DNA from: an uncultured Alphaproteobacteria bacterium
Lineage (GTDB): Bacteria; Pseudomonadota; Alphaproteobacteria; Rhizobiales; Xanthobacteraceae
DNA: 64,000 nt
NCBI GenBank assembly: GCA_963808205.1
Contig: CAWEER010000005.1
Location: 402,835 to 466,834, forward strand
Direction: 5' to 3'
Under the pieces are notes generated by a model. It worked only from the letters and a program-made list of their open reading frames with translations. It ran no database searches and had not been told where the DNA came from. The translations under genes and the position numbers were made by a program. Shown here one piece after another: positions 11,157 to 20,196 of the stretch (positions are counted from its first letter, which is position 1; the number at the start of each line of letters is the position of its first letter).

Positions 11157-11199
11157 GCTTGCCGAGTGAGATCGCCCGGCCAAGCCCGGCGATGACGAT

Positions 11200-11478
11200 T
11201 TACCCGCGCACCCACCAGCAATGCATTTGCGGATAAAGCACCGTGCCGCTCGGCCGGTTCTGCAATTCGTACCAGTCGGTGCAGCGGCGATAGAGCAGCG
11301 GCCGCGGATTGATCTCGATGCGGCGGCGCACATGACGAGGCGGCGATGCCGGTTCGCCCGGCTGCGCGATTGGCGATGTTTGCATTTGAGCGACGGCGCA
11401 CGGCACCCCGCCAAACAGCGGCAGGGCGGCACAAGAGAGAATTATGATCAAGGATTTGCGCGCCATTGCTTCTCTCAT
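11200..11478 (-). CDS. Small exported hypothetical protein (92 aa)
   Basis: ATG 11478. The signal-like N-terminus is MREAMARKSLIIILSCAALPLFGGVPCAVAQ. The mature part has two Cys and several Trp. I recognise no family. Confidence 0.45.
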   Translation of the reverse strand: MREAMARKSLIIILSCAALPLFGGVPCAVAQMQTSPIAQPGEPASPPRHVRRRIEINPRPLLYRRCTDWYELQNRPSGTVLYPQMHCWWVRG

Positions 11479-11485
11479 CCTATCC

Positions 11486-11559
11486 CATTCCGCTCGTTCC
11501 CGCGGAAGCGGGAATTCACTGACCGGATCCCCGCTTTCGCGGGGACGAGCGGCTGAATG
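11486..11559. repeat. REP-like composite palindrome, family A (double CCCGC/GCGGG hairpin)
   Basis: The sequence cattccgctcgTTCCCGCggaaGCGGGAAttcactgaccggaTCCCCGCtttcGCGGGGAcgagcggctgaatg is intergenic. The same module pair recurs at 57598-57675. Confidence 0.8.
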
Positions 11560-11581
11560 CGATCCACGCTAAACTGCAATT

Positions 11582-12007
11582 ATGGCCGATCTCGTATCCG
11601 ATCCGCTCGCCTGGCGCACGGTGAAAGCGCCGTCGCTGGCCGAGCTTGAAGTGCTGGCCGGCGAGGTCTTTCGCCATCTGCCCAAGCGGTTTCGCGATCT
11701 CTGCGCCGGCATCGTCATCCAGGTCGACGATTTTCCGAGCGATGAGGTACTCCGTGAGATGGAAGCGGAGACCGAGTTCGATCTGCTCGGCTTGTTCCAG
11801 GGTGTCGGCCTGCCGTTCCGCTCCGAGAGCGCGCCAGTGCAGATGCCGAACATGATCTGGCTCTACCGCCGCCCGATCCTCGATTATTGGTCTGAACACG
11901 ACGAAACGCTGGGCGCCATTGTCAGGCACGTTTTGGTACACGAGATCGGTCATCATTTCGGGCTGAGCGACGCCGACATGGAAACGATCGAACAGGCGGC
12001 GGACTGA
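11582..12007 (+). CDS. Zincin-like metallopeptidase-family protein (HExxH)
   Basis: The C-terminal VLVHEIGHHFGLSD motif in a roughly 140-aa protein is typical of the small 'possible zinc metallopeptidase' family. Confidence 0.7.
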   Translation: MADLVSDPLAWRTVKAPSLAELEVLAGEVFRHLPKRFRDLCAGIVIQVDDFPSDEVLREMEAETEFDLLGLFQGVGLPFRSESAPVQMPNMIWLYRRPILDYWSEHDETLGAIVRHVLVHEIGHHFGLSDADMETIEQAAD

Positions 12008-12066
12008 CCCGGATCGGCCGTTATGCTACAATGGCGATATCGCATATCTGCCGAGGACGTGCTGCC

Positions 12067-12393
12067 ATGCTGATCACCGTATTCCGCGCCCGGCTGAAGC
12101 CGGGCCTCACCGGCGAATACACCGCACTGGTCGAGCGCATGCAGGAGCTTGCCCAAACGATGCCGGGTTACGTGTCGCACAAGACTTTTCTCGCCGATGA
12201 CGGCGAGCGCTGCACGATCGTCGAGTTCGAGCACGAGGAAGGCCTGCGCACCTGGCGTACCAACCGCGAGCATATCGAGGCGCAAAAGCTGGCGCGGCAG
12301 AAATATTACACCGAATATCACGTCCAGGTTTGTCCGCTCGGCCGCGAATCAAGGTTCAAGGCGGACGAAAAGGCGCTTGCCGCACGGGCTTGA
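12067..12393 (+). CDS. Antibiotic-biosynthesis-monooxygenase (ABM) domain protein
   Basis: ORF 12031..12393, ATG 12067. MLITVFRARLKPG...MPGYVSHKTFLADDGERCTIVEFEHEEGLRTWRTNREH is a ferredoxin-like ABM pattern. Confidence 0.7.
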   Translation: MLITVFRARLKPGLTGEYTALVERMQELAQTMPGYVSHKTFLADDGERCTIVEFEHEEGLRTWRTNREHIEAQKLARQKYYTEYHVQVCPLGRESRFKADEKALAARA

Positions 12394-12460
12394 CCGGCGT
12401 CCGGCGGGACGCCATTAACTCGCCGCAGAGACGGCTCATACTCTCGTTACAGGATCGGCA

Positions 12461-13066
12461 ATGGAAAAGTTCACGGTTCTCGAAGGCGTCGCCGCCCCGA
12501 TACGCATGATCAATGTCGACACCGACATGGTCATCCCGAAGCAATACCTGAAGACGATCAAGCGTACCGGCCTCGGCAAGGGCCTATTCGCCGAGAAACG
12601 ATTTCGCGAGGACGGCACGGAAAATCCGGATTTTGTCCTCAACAAGCCGGCCTATCGCAAATCGCGGATCCTGATCGCCGGCGACAATTTTGGCTGCGGT
12701 TCCTCGCGCGAGCATGCGCCCTGGGCGCTGCTCGATTTCGGCATCACCTGCGTGATCTCGACGTCGTTCGGCGACATTTTCTACAACAATTGCTTCAAGA
12801 ACGGCGTGCTGCCGATCCGGGTGTCGCCGGAGGATCTTGAGAAGCTGTTCGACGACGCCGATCGCGGCGCCAACGCCACGCTGACTGTCGACCTTGAAAA
12901 GCAGGAAATCCGCGGCCCTGACGGCGGGGTCGTTAAATTCGAGATCGACGCGCACCGCAAGCACGCGCTGCTCAACGGCCTCGACGAGGTCGGTAAGACG
13001 ATGGAAAAGCACCACAAGATCAGCGGCCACGAAGCCAAGGCCAGGGAATCGCGGCCCTGGGTGTGA
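12461..13066 (+). CDS. leuD: 3-isopropylmalate dehydratase small subunit
   Basis: [14 protein letters not shown]...[14 protein letters not shown]...[17 protein letters not shown]. Confidence 0.96.
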   Translation: MEKFTVLEGVAAPIRMINVDTDMVIPKQYLKTIKRTGLGKGLFAEKRFREDGTENPDFVLNKPAYRKSRILIAGDNFGCGSSREHAPWALLDFGITCVISTSFGDIFYNNCFKNGVLPIRVSPEDLEKLFDDADRGANATLTVDLEKQEIRGPDGGVVKFEIDAHRKHALLNGLDEVGKTMEKHHKISGHEAKARESRPWV

Positions 13067-13077
13067 CGATTCCTCAT

Positions 13078-13147
13078 TGCCGGACTTGATCCGGCATCCC
13101 ATCTTGATGGTCACGTCAGCATGGATCACCGGGTCATGCCCGGTGAT
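13078..13147. repeat. REP-like pair of hairpins between leuD and the ABC ATPase gene
   Basis: TGCCGGActtgaTCCGGCA at 13078-13096 and ATCACCGGGtcatgCCCGGTGAT at 13125-13147 are both perfect stems. Confidence 0.7.
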
Positions 13148-13162
13148 GACGCACGGGCAGTT

Positions 13163-14101
13163 ATGAATTCCGCAATTTCCGTCGCCAATCTCAATAAGAC
13201 CTACGCCTCCGGCTTCCAGGCCCTGAAGAACATCAACCTGGATATCCGCCACGGCGAGATTTTCGCGCTGCTCGGCCCGAACGGCGCCGGCAAGACGACG
13301 CTGATCAGCATCATCTGCGGCATCGTCAATCCGACGGCGGGCACCGTCACGGTGGACGGCCATGACATTCTTTCAGACTACCGCGCGGCGCGTACGCTGA
13401 TCGGCCTCGTGCCGCAGGAATTGACCACCGACGCCTTCGAGACGCCGCCGGCAACAATGCGCTTTTCCCGCGGCCTGTTCGGCAAGCCGCCAGATCCCGC
13501 CCACATCGAAAAGGTCCTCAAGCAACTTTCGCTGTGGGACAAAAAGGACGCCAAGATCAGGATGCTGTCCGGCGGCATGAAGCGCCGGCTCATGATCGCA
13601 AAGGCGCTGGCGCATGAACCGCAAATCCTGTTTCTCGACGAGCCGACCGCCGGCGTCGACGTCGAACTGCGCAAGGACATGTGGCAACTGGTGCGCGAAC
13701 TGCGCGCCTCCGGCGTCACCATCATCCTCACCACGCATTACATCGAGGAAGCCGAGGAGATGGCCGACCGCGTCGGCGTCATCAACCACGGCGAAATCAT
13801 ATTGGTCGAGGACAAGGCCGAGCTGATGCGCAAGCTCGGCAAGAAGCAACTGACGCTCGAGCTTCATGATCCGATCGATGCGATCCCCGGTGCGCTTGGC
13901 GCTTACAATCTGACCTTGGGCGGCAGTGGCAGGGAATTGACCTACACCTACGACACCAAGGGCGAGCGGACGGGGATCACCGCATTGCTCGACGACCTGC
14001 ATGTCGCCGGCATCAGGTTTAATGACCTGAAGACGAAGCAAAGCTCGCTTGAAGATATTTTCGTCGGCCTCGTGAGGCAGGGCAATGGAGGTTCGCAATG
14101 A
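13163..14101 (+). CDS. ABC transporter ATP-binding protein (ABC-2 exporter type)
   Basis: ORF 13121..14101, ATG 13163. Walker [10 protein letters not shown], signature LSGGMKRR, Walker [16 protein letters not shown] overlap with the permease gene. Confidence 0.92.
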   Translation: MNSAISVANLNKTYASGFQALKNINLDIRHGEIFALLGPNGAGKTTLISIICGIVNPTAGTVTVDGHDILSDYRAARTLIGLVPQELTTDAFETPPATMRFSRGLFGKPPDPAHIEKVLKQLSLWDKKDAKIRMLSGGMKRRLMIAKALAHEPQILFLDEPTAGVDVELRKDMWQLVRELRASGVTIILTTHYIEEAEEMADRVGVINHGEIILVEDKAELMRKLGKKQLTLELHDPIDAIPGALGAYNLTLGGSGRELTYTYDTKGERTGITALLDDLHVAGIRFNDLKTKQSSLEDIFVGLVRQGNGGSQ

Positions 14102-14859
14102 ACCTCTACGCCGTGCGCGCGATCTACATGTACGAAATGGCGCGAACCGGGCGGACGCTGTTTCAAAGCGTCGTGTCGCCGGTGATCTCGACGTCGCTCT
14201 ATTTCATCGTGTTCGGCGCCGCCATCGGCTCGCGCATCACCCAGATCGACGGCGTGTCCTACGGCTCGTTCATCGTGCCGGGTCTGATCATGCTGATGCT
14301 GCTGACGCAAAGCGTGACCAATGCCTCGTTTGGCATATATTTTCCGCGCTTCGTCGGCACGATTTACGAGCTGCTGTCTGCGCCGGTCTCATCGTTCGAG
14401 ATCGTGCTCGGCTATGTCGGCGCGGCGGCGACCAAGTCGATCGTGCTGGGCCTCATCATTCTTGCGACTTCGGGACTGTTCGTGCCGCTGCAAATCGCCC
14501 ATCCGGTATGGATGATTGTCTTTCTGCTTTTGACTTCCGTCACGTTCAGCCTGTTCGGCTTCATTCTCGGGCTGTGGGCGGATGGTTTCGAGAAACTGCA
14601 GATCGTGCCGCTCCTGATCATCACGCCGTTGACGTTTCTTGGCGGCACGTTCTATTCGACCAGCGTGTTGCCGCCGCTGTGGCGCACGATCACGCTGTTC
14701 AATCCGCTGGTTTATCTGATCTCGGGTTTCCGCTGGAGTTTTTTCGGCATCGCCGACGTCAATGTCGAGGTGAGCGTCGCGATGACGGCGTTTTTCCTGG
14801 CGACCTGCATGGCGATCGTCTGGTGGTTCTTCAAGACCGGATACCGGCTGAAGAACTGA
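14098..14859 (+). CDS. ABC-2 type transporter permease
   Basis: A six-TM hydrophobic profile. The start is coupled (ATGA) to the preceding ATPase gene. Confidence 0.88.
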   Translation: MNLYAVRAIYMYEMARTGRTLFQSVVSPVISTSLYFIVFGAAIGSRITQIDGVSYGSFIVPGLIMLMLLTQSVTNASFGIYFPRFVGTIYELLSAPVSSFEIVLGYVGAAATKSIVLGLIILATSGLFVPLQIAHPVWMIVFLLLTSVTFSLFGFILGLWADGFEKLQIVPLLIITPLTFLGGTFYSTSVLPPLWRTITLFNPLVYLISGFRWSFFGIADVNVEVSVAMTAFFLATCMAIVWWFFKTGYRLKN

Positions 14860-14876
14860 ACGGCGCGTGACCGCCG

Positions 14877-15764
14877 CTACTTTCCCAGCGCCAGATCGAG
14901 CAACGCCTGCGCCTGTTTTGCCGCCGCGGTGAAGGCCGGCTGCTTCGGCGCCCCCGCGATGAAGCAGCGCTTGAACGCAGTCTCGCCGCGCGGGCTGTCG
15001 TCGGCGTGGAGCTTGGCGCAGGCCGCAACCTCGACCGCGGGATCGATCGAGCCATAGGCGATATAGACTTTGCCGTTCGCAAGCGCGGAGGCGTAGGCCT
15101 CATCCGCGTCGACCGGGATGTCCGATTGGGTGTGCGCTGCCAGCATCGCATAGGCAAAAGTCGCGGCGGCCCGCTTTGTGATCGGCAGGTCGTTGAATTT
15201 GACCAGCGCCGCGCCGGTCGAGATTGCCTGGGTGTAAAAGCCTTCGTTCTTGAGCGCCGCGCCGATCTGCTGCGGCACATTCTTGAGACCCTTGTCCCAC
15301 CAGTCCTGGTGGCCGCGCAGCCAGCGCGCGAACAGCGACTGCGTCGTCACGATGATGTGGGACTTCGGCTCGATGTAGTGGCCATTGGCGTCGTTGACGC
15401 CGGCCGTCTGGCCGTCATTTCCAATATTGGAGTCGAAACGCAACCCGTCGAGTGCTCCAAAACCTTCGTCTCCCTCGTATAGCGAGTCGAGATTGAGCTT
15501 GCCGGGACCGAAGCCCACATAGTCCTCCGGGCCGAGAATAGCGCGCAATTGCCCTTCAAGATCGGCGCGCGCCGCGTCGTCGGTCTTCGCCGCGGCATCG
15601 TCCGCGGCGCCGGCATCGTAGAGCGGCTTGAGTTTCTTGATCGCCGCGTCGCGCAACTCGATGTAGTGATCTTCTGGTGAAGATTGCGGCGTTGCGGCGC
15701 CGCCGGATACCAGCCCTGCGATAAGAAGACTGGTGACGCACGACAGGCTGGCGGGCGTTTTCAT
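14877..15764 (-). CDS. Exported hypothetical protein (295 aa)
   Basis: Signal peptide MKTPASLSCVTSLLIAGLVSGGAA. High GC. The ATG overlaps the stop of the upstream FkbM gene (ATGA at 15761-15764). I recognise no family. Confidence 0.6.
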   Translation of the reverse strand: MKTPASLSCVTSLLIAGLVSGGAATPQSSPEDHYIELRDAAIKKLKPLYDAGAADDAAAKTDDAARADLEGQLRAILGPEDYVGFGPGKLNLDSLYEGDEGFGALDGLRFDSNIGNDGQTAGVNDANGHYIEPKSHIIVTTQSLFARWLRGHQDWWDKGLKNVPQQIGAALKNEGFYTQAISTGAALVKFNDLPITKRAAATFAYAMLAAHTQSDIPVDADEAYASALANGKVYIAYGSIDPAVEVAACAKLHADDSPRGETAFKRCFIAGAPKQPAFTAAAKQAQALLDLALGK

Positions 15765-16420
15765 CTATTCCTTGCCATCAGCAGATTGGCAACGGCGAAT
15801 ATGCCACCGTCGGTCGTAAGAAGATCGGTGTAAGTGGCGATGAAATGAAACCCGAAAGAAGAAAGATAAGAAGAAATCGAAATCAACGAACCGCCCGATA
15901 CGCCTGGCTTTTCCATACAATCATTGAATTCGACGCAGACAAATCCAATTCTTCCCGCGGTCAGCATTTCTTCTGCCCCTTTAAGGACGCGAAGATCCGT
16001 TCCCTCCGTATCAATCTTCAGCACGTCAATGGCGGTAATTTCATTGGCCATGCAAAAGGTGTCCACGGTTGTGGATGCGACTGTTATTTCGGAATTTGCC
16101 TCGCCATATCGTTCGACAGACCTCGGGTTCGGCACGAGACTGTTCAGGTCGGAGGCAGTTTCGTGCACATAGAATTTTAGCTGACCTTGCGCATCGCTTA
16201 AGGCAAGTTGCTGCGGAAAGAACCGATCGCTCGAAGCCGCGCCAGCGAGTTTGACGAAGGTTTCGGGATGAGGTTCGAATGCGAAAACGCGACCGGCTGG
16301 AAATTTCTTGAGGAGAAGTGACGACGTAAGCCCGACATTTGCGCCCACGTCGAAGACGCAACCTATCGGCTTGTCCCACGAGCGAGATTCTCTTAACGTC
16401 GTCCCACGGATCGACCCCAT
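15761..16420 (-). CDS. FkbM-family SAM-dependent methyltransferase (low-GC gene; the N-terminus probably lies in another frame up to 16499)
   Basis: VFDVGANVGLTS...VFAFEPHPETF...KIDTEGTDLRVLKGA is the FkbM signature. A hand count of 15841-15940 gives 42 G+C per 100, against 65 per 100 at 15001-15100. ORF 16041..16499 begins MTKITTAAKNAIRAGLSKYGLHITSGYGVDPWDDVKRI, which looks like the missing FkbM N-terminus. Confidence 0.75.
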   Translation of the reverse strand: MGSIRGTTLRESRSWDKPIGCVFDVGANVGLTSSLLLKKFPAGRVFAFEPHPETFVKLAGAASSDRFFPQQLALSDAQGQLKFYVHETASDLNSLVPNPRSVERYGEANSEITVASTTVDTFCMANEITAIDVLKIDTEGTDLRVLKGAEEMLTAGRIGFVCVEFNDCMEKPGVSGGSLISISSYLSSFGFHFIATYTDLLTTDGGIFAVANLLMARNR

Positions 16421-16585
16421 AACCGCTGGTTATGTGAAGACCGTATTTTGACAAGCCCGCCCGGATCGCATTCTTGGCCGCCGTGGTGATTTTGGTCATA
16501 TGACGGTCCCACCGGGCAGGAATCTCTTTCGGAACTAAAAATGACCGCCGTGCTCGTCATCGCCGTGGCACGCGATGCATCTCGA

Positions 16586-17471
16586 TCAAGCCGGCTTTCG
16601 CTTCGCGATTGCGTCCGCGATCGCCACGGTCTGCTTCGCCATCTCGGCGTGCAGCCGCTCGACCATGCGGCCGTCGATCTGCACGACGCCTTTGTCCCTG
16701 TTCTCCGGCAGCTCAAAAGCGGCGATCATCTTGCGGGCCGCTTCGACCTCTTGCGGCGACGGTGAGAATGCCTCGTTGCACGGCTCGATCTGCCTGGGAT
16801 GGATGAGCGTCTTGCCGTCGAAGCCGAGATCGCGCGCCTGCCTGCACTCCTCGGCAAAGCCCTCGGCATTGCCGAGATCGTTATAGACGCCGTCGAGGAT
16901 TTCAAGGCCGTAGGCGCGCGCGGCGGCGATGCAATTCATCAGCCACGGCAGCATCGGTGCGCGGCCGGGTATAAGACGCGCGCGCGTGTCCTTGGCGAGA
17001 TCGTTGGTGCCCATGACGAAGCCGGTGAGCCGCGTCTCCGGAATCGAGCGCAGCGGCGGCGATCTCGCCGACATTGAGCATTGCCAGTGGCGTTTCCATC
17101 ATGGCCCAGACGCGCACATGCGGGTCGGTGCCCATATCGACGATGCGCGCCGCCAGATCCTGCAGCTGGCCGGGATTGGAGATTTTCGGCACCAGCACCG
17201 CGTCGGGTTTCGCCGCGGCGATGACGTCGAGGTCTTCCACCCACCAGCGGGTATCGAGACCGTTGATGCGCACCAGCACCTCGCGGTCGCCGAAGCCGCC
17301 GTTTTTCAGCGCCTTGAAAACTGCGTCGCGCGCCTGCGCCTTGGCCTCCGGCGCCACCGCGTCTTCGAGATCGAGGATGAGCGCATCGGCCGGCAATTCG
17401 CGCGCTTTTTCCAGCGCGCGCGCATTCGATCCGGGCATGTAAAGCACGCTGCGGCGTGGACGGACGGTCAT
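16586..17471 (-). pseudogene. HpcH/HpaI aldolase / citrate lyase beta (CitE, malyl-CoA lyase-like) gene split by a +1 frame break
   Basis: ORF 16902..17471 gives MTVRPRRSVLYMPGSNARALEKA...LILDLEDAVAP...WAMMETPLAMLNVGEIAAAA. ORF 16586..17074, in the next frame, continues ...ETRLTGFVMGTNDLAKDTRA...LDGVYNDLGN...FDGKTLIHPRQI. The break lies at about 17039-17052. The span is 886 nt (3n+1). Confidence 0.8.
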
Positions 17472-17558
17472 CGCAAATTTCCCCGAAAATAGCCCGGCAA
17501 ACTCACGCTAGCGGCTTGAGCGCCGCATGCCAATCGGCCGACATTGTGGGATGGAGGG

Positions 17559-18593
17559 TCAGGCCGCCTTCTGCTTTGCCGTGATCAGCTTGCGGTTGAT
17601 CAGGCACTCGGCGATCTGGATGGCGTTGAGCGCCGCGCCTTTGCGCAGATTGTCGGACACGATCCACATCGACAGCCCGTTCTCCACGGTCGCATCCTCG
17701 CGGATGCGGCTGATATAGGTGGCGTCCTCGCCGGTCGCCTCGTAGGGCGTGACGTAGCCGCCGGGCTCGTGCGAATCGATGACGAGACAGCCCGGCGCAA
17801 CGCGCAGAATGCTGCGCGCCTCGTCGGGTGAAATCGGGTTCTCGAATTCGATATTGACCGCTTCGCAATGGCTGACGAAGACCGGCACGCGCACGCAGGT
17901 CGCGGTGAGCTTGATCTTGGGATCGAGAATCTTCTTGGTCTCGACCACCATCTTCCACTCTTCGCGGGTGTAGCCATCCTCCATGAACGTATCGATTTGC
18001 GGAATGAGATTGAACGCGATGCGCTTCGGAAACATCTTCGCCTCGATGTCGCCGAGCTGGAACACCGCCTTGGTCTGCGAGAACAGTTCGTCCATCGCCT
18101 CCTTGCCGGCGCCGGACACCGATTGATAGGTGGCGACCACGACACGCTTGATCTTCGCCTTGTCGTGCAGCGGCTTGAGCGCAACGACGAGCTGCGCCGT
18201 CGAGCAATTCGGATTGGCGATGATGCCGCGCTTGCGGAAGCCCGCAACCGCATCGGCGTTCACCTCCGGCACGATCAGGGGAACGTCGCTGTCGTAGCGC
18301 CAGGCCGACGAATTATCGATCACCACGGCGCCGGCGGCGGCGATCTTCGGCGACCATTCCTTGGATACCGCGGCGCCCGCCGACATCAGGCAAATATCGA
18401 CGCCGGAGAAATCGAAATGCTCGAGCGCTTTGACCTTCAGCGTCCGGTCGCCAAACGACACTTCCGTGCCCTGGCTGCGGCGCGAGGCAAGCGCCATCAC
18501 CTCATCGGCCGGGAAAGACCGTTCGGCCAGAATCTCGAGCATTTGCCGGCCCACATTGCCGGTCGCGCCCACTACGGCGACGTTGTAACCCAT
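17559..18593 (-). CDS. asd: Aspartate-semialdehyde dehydrogenase
   Basis: This is the lower part of ORF 17559..19520. ATG 18593 gives MGYNVAVVGATGNVGRQM...IANPNCSTAQ...SVSGAG..., 344 aa. Confidence 0.95.
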   Translation of the reverse strand: MGYNVAVVGATGNVGRQMLEILAERSFPADEVMALASRRSQGTEVSFGDRTLKVKALEHFDFSGVDICLMSAGAAVSKEWSPKIAAAGAVVIDNSSAWRYDSDVPLIVPEVNADAVAGFRKRGIIANPNCSTAQLVVALKPLHDKAKIKRVVVATYQSVSGAGKEAMDELFSQTKAVFQLGDIEAKMFPKRIAFNLIPQIDTFMEDGYTREEWKMVVETKKILDPKIKLTATCVRVPVFVSHCEAVNIEFENPISPDEARSILRVAPGCLVIDSHEPGGYVTPYEATGEDATYISRIREDATVENGLSMWIVSDNLRKGAALNAIQIAECLINRKLITAKQKAA

Positions 18594-18701
18594 CGTTAAC
18601 TCTCCACCGAAAATTTGCTTCCGTCCCGGCCGCGCGGGAACCGGAGCGGAAGCGCTTCTAGGCGAGAAACGGTGCGAAGACAACTTCGCTGGAGGGGCCG
18701 C

Positions 18702-19523
18702 GTGCGGCGAGCCGCCTATTCCGTCCCGGACGCCATCGGCGCCACCCTCGTGCGCATCTTTGCGTATATGGGCGGTCTCGGGGTGCTTGCCATCCTGGCG
18801 GCCAGCCTTTTCCGGCCGCCGGCAAGCGTCGCCGCGGTCAAGCCTGCGCCGCCTCCGGAATGGGTCAATGTCGAGCGCCCGCATCCGGCCTTCGAATTGC
18901 AGATGCCGGAACTCGCCAGCGTCACCACCGACTACGCGATCCTGCGCCGTAGTGCCGACGGCACCCGAAAGGACCAGCTGACCTGGGGTACCGCCGGCGG
19001 GAGCGGTCCCTTTGTCATGGTCGAAATCTACCGGCCCGGTAGCAGCAACGAGCATTTCATCGACGCGGCGAGCGAAATCGCCGCGCGCATCCTGCCTTTC
19101 ACAATTACCGACGACGTCAAGGCGGCCGGCCAGATCGAGAGCAAGTTCGGCACTGTGTCGCTCGTCGATTTCGCCATTGCCGCGCCGGGAACGCCCGACT
19201 CCAGGCAACGCCGCTGCCTCGGCTTCGCGCGGCCCTTCACCGATCCCGCCATGCAAATCGACGGCTGGTATTGCAGCGCCGGAAATGAGGTGGTCGATCG
19301 CGGCACGCTCGCCTGCGCGCTTGACCGTCTCACCATCCTGTCGGCCGGCGGCGACGCGAAGCTTGCCGGCCTGTTCGCACGCGCCGAGATCAAGCGCACC
19401 TTCTGCGGCCAGCGCAGCCCGATCCTGGCGGCGACGCCGGAGCACTCGGTGCAGGTCCCCGTACCGCACAGCGTGAAACTTGCCCGCAGCGTCAGCCTGC
19501 GCGGGCGCCTGCCGCCGCATTAG
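18702..19523 (+). CDS. Membrane-anchored hypothetical protein
   Basis: ORF 18615..19523 has a TTG start. GTG 18702 sits behind GGAGGGG. One TM segment, IFAYMGGLGVLAILAASLF, is followed by a roughly 230-aa soluble domain with 4 Cys. No family recognised, and the start is uncertain. Confidence 0.5.
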   Translation: MRRAAYSVPDAIGATLVRIFAYMGGLGVLAILAASLFRPPASVAAVKPAPPPEWVNVERPHPAFELQMPELASVTTDYAILRRSADGTRKDQLTWGTAGGSGPFVMVEIYRPGSSNEHFIDAASEIAARILPFTITDDVKAAGQIESKFGTVSLVDFAIAAPGTPDSRQRRCLGFARPFTDPAMQIDGWYCSAGNEVVDRGTLACALDRLTILSAGGDAKLAGLFARAEIKRTFCGQRSPILAATPEHSVQVPVPHSVKLARSVSLRGRLPPH

Positions 19524-19772
19524 CTGCCGGGCGCGGCGTAGTTCTTCGCCGGGTAATGGCCCGAAACGGCCTCCATCGAGGCCATTCCGAGAAAAAATGT
19601 GACGGAAAGCGTGCGAATCAAAGCATATTGTTCTGCGAGTCCGCGTTTTTCACGACCCTGCCGAGCACCTTGTTCCAATGGACGGGAACCGGCAGGTTCG
19701 GCAGCCGTTGCCAGAGCGCTATTGCCGCCCGCGAAACCGGGCTAGATTGGACGCGAACCAGTGCGAGGTATC

Positions 19773-20156
19773 ATGCGTCGATTGGCCGTCATTGCTACTG
19801 CAACAGCCGTGCTCTCGGCCTCGGCGCTGCATGCCTGGGCGGCTCCAAAGCACCAGCCGGGGCAGCCTGCGGTGCAGCGATCCGCAAGCGGCACCGTGAT
19901 CCAGCCGACGACGACCATCGTTCACGACGGCTACGGCCACACCACCGTGATCGTCATTCCCCGGCAGCGGTCCTATCTCGATACCGGGACCGAGGTTTCG
20001 GTCGGCGACCGCAACTTCCAGAATTATGCTCTGCCGCCGGGCGGCGATCCGGGCCGGCAGAACTGGTTCGCCGGCCCCGACGTGCAGGGCACGGGCCGGT
20101 ATCCGCTGCCGAGCGCGTTTGACGGCATGGGCATCAATCCGAACACGCCGTTCTGA
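19773..20156 (+). CDS. Small exported hypothetical protein
   Basis: ORF 19761..20156. ATG 19773 sits behind GAGG. Signal peptide MRRLAVIATATAVLSASALHAWA. No family recognised. Confidence 0.5.
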   Translation: MRRLAVIATATAVLSASALHAWAAPKHQPGQPAVQRSASGTVIQPTTTIVHDGYGHTTVIVIPRQRSYLDTGTEVSVGDRNFQNYALPPGGDPGRQNWFAGPDVQGTGRYPLPSAFDGMGINPNTPF

Positions 20157-20196
20157 CGCCGTTCTGGCGCCGTTCTCGCGGCGGACAGGTGACGCG

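Noticed and set aside
18594-19520. The upper 309 codons of the 653-aa ORF 17559-19520, upstream of asd.
   Set aside because: The Asd homology begins exactly at ATG 18593 (MGYNVAVVGATGNVG). The upstream part is Arg/Gly-rich shadow, antisense to the plus-strand membrane-protein ORF.
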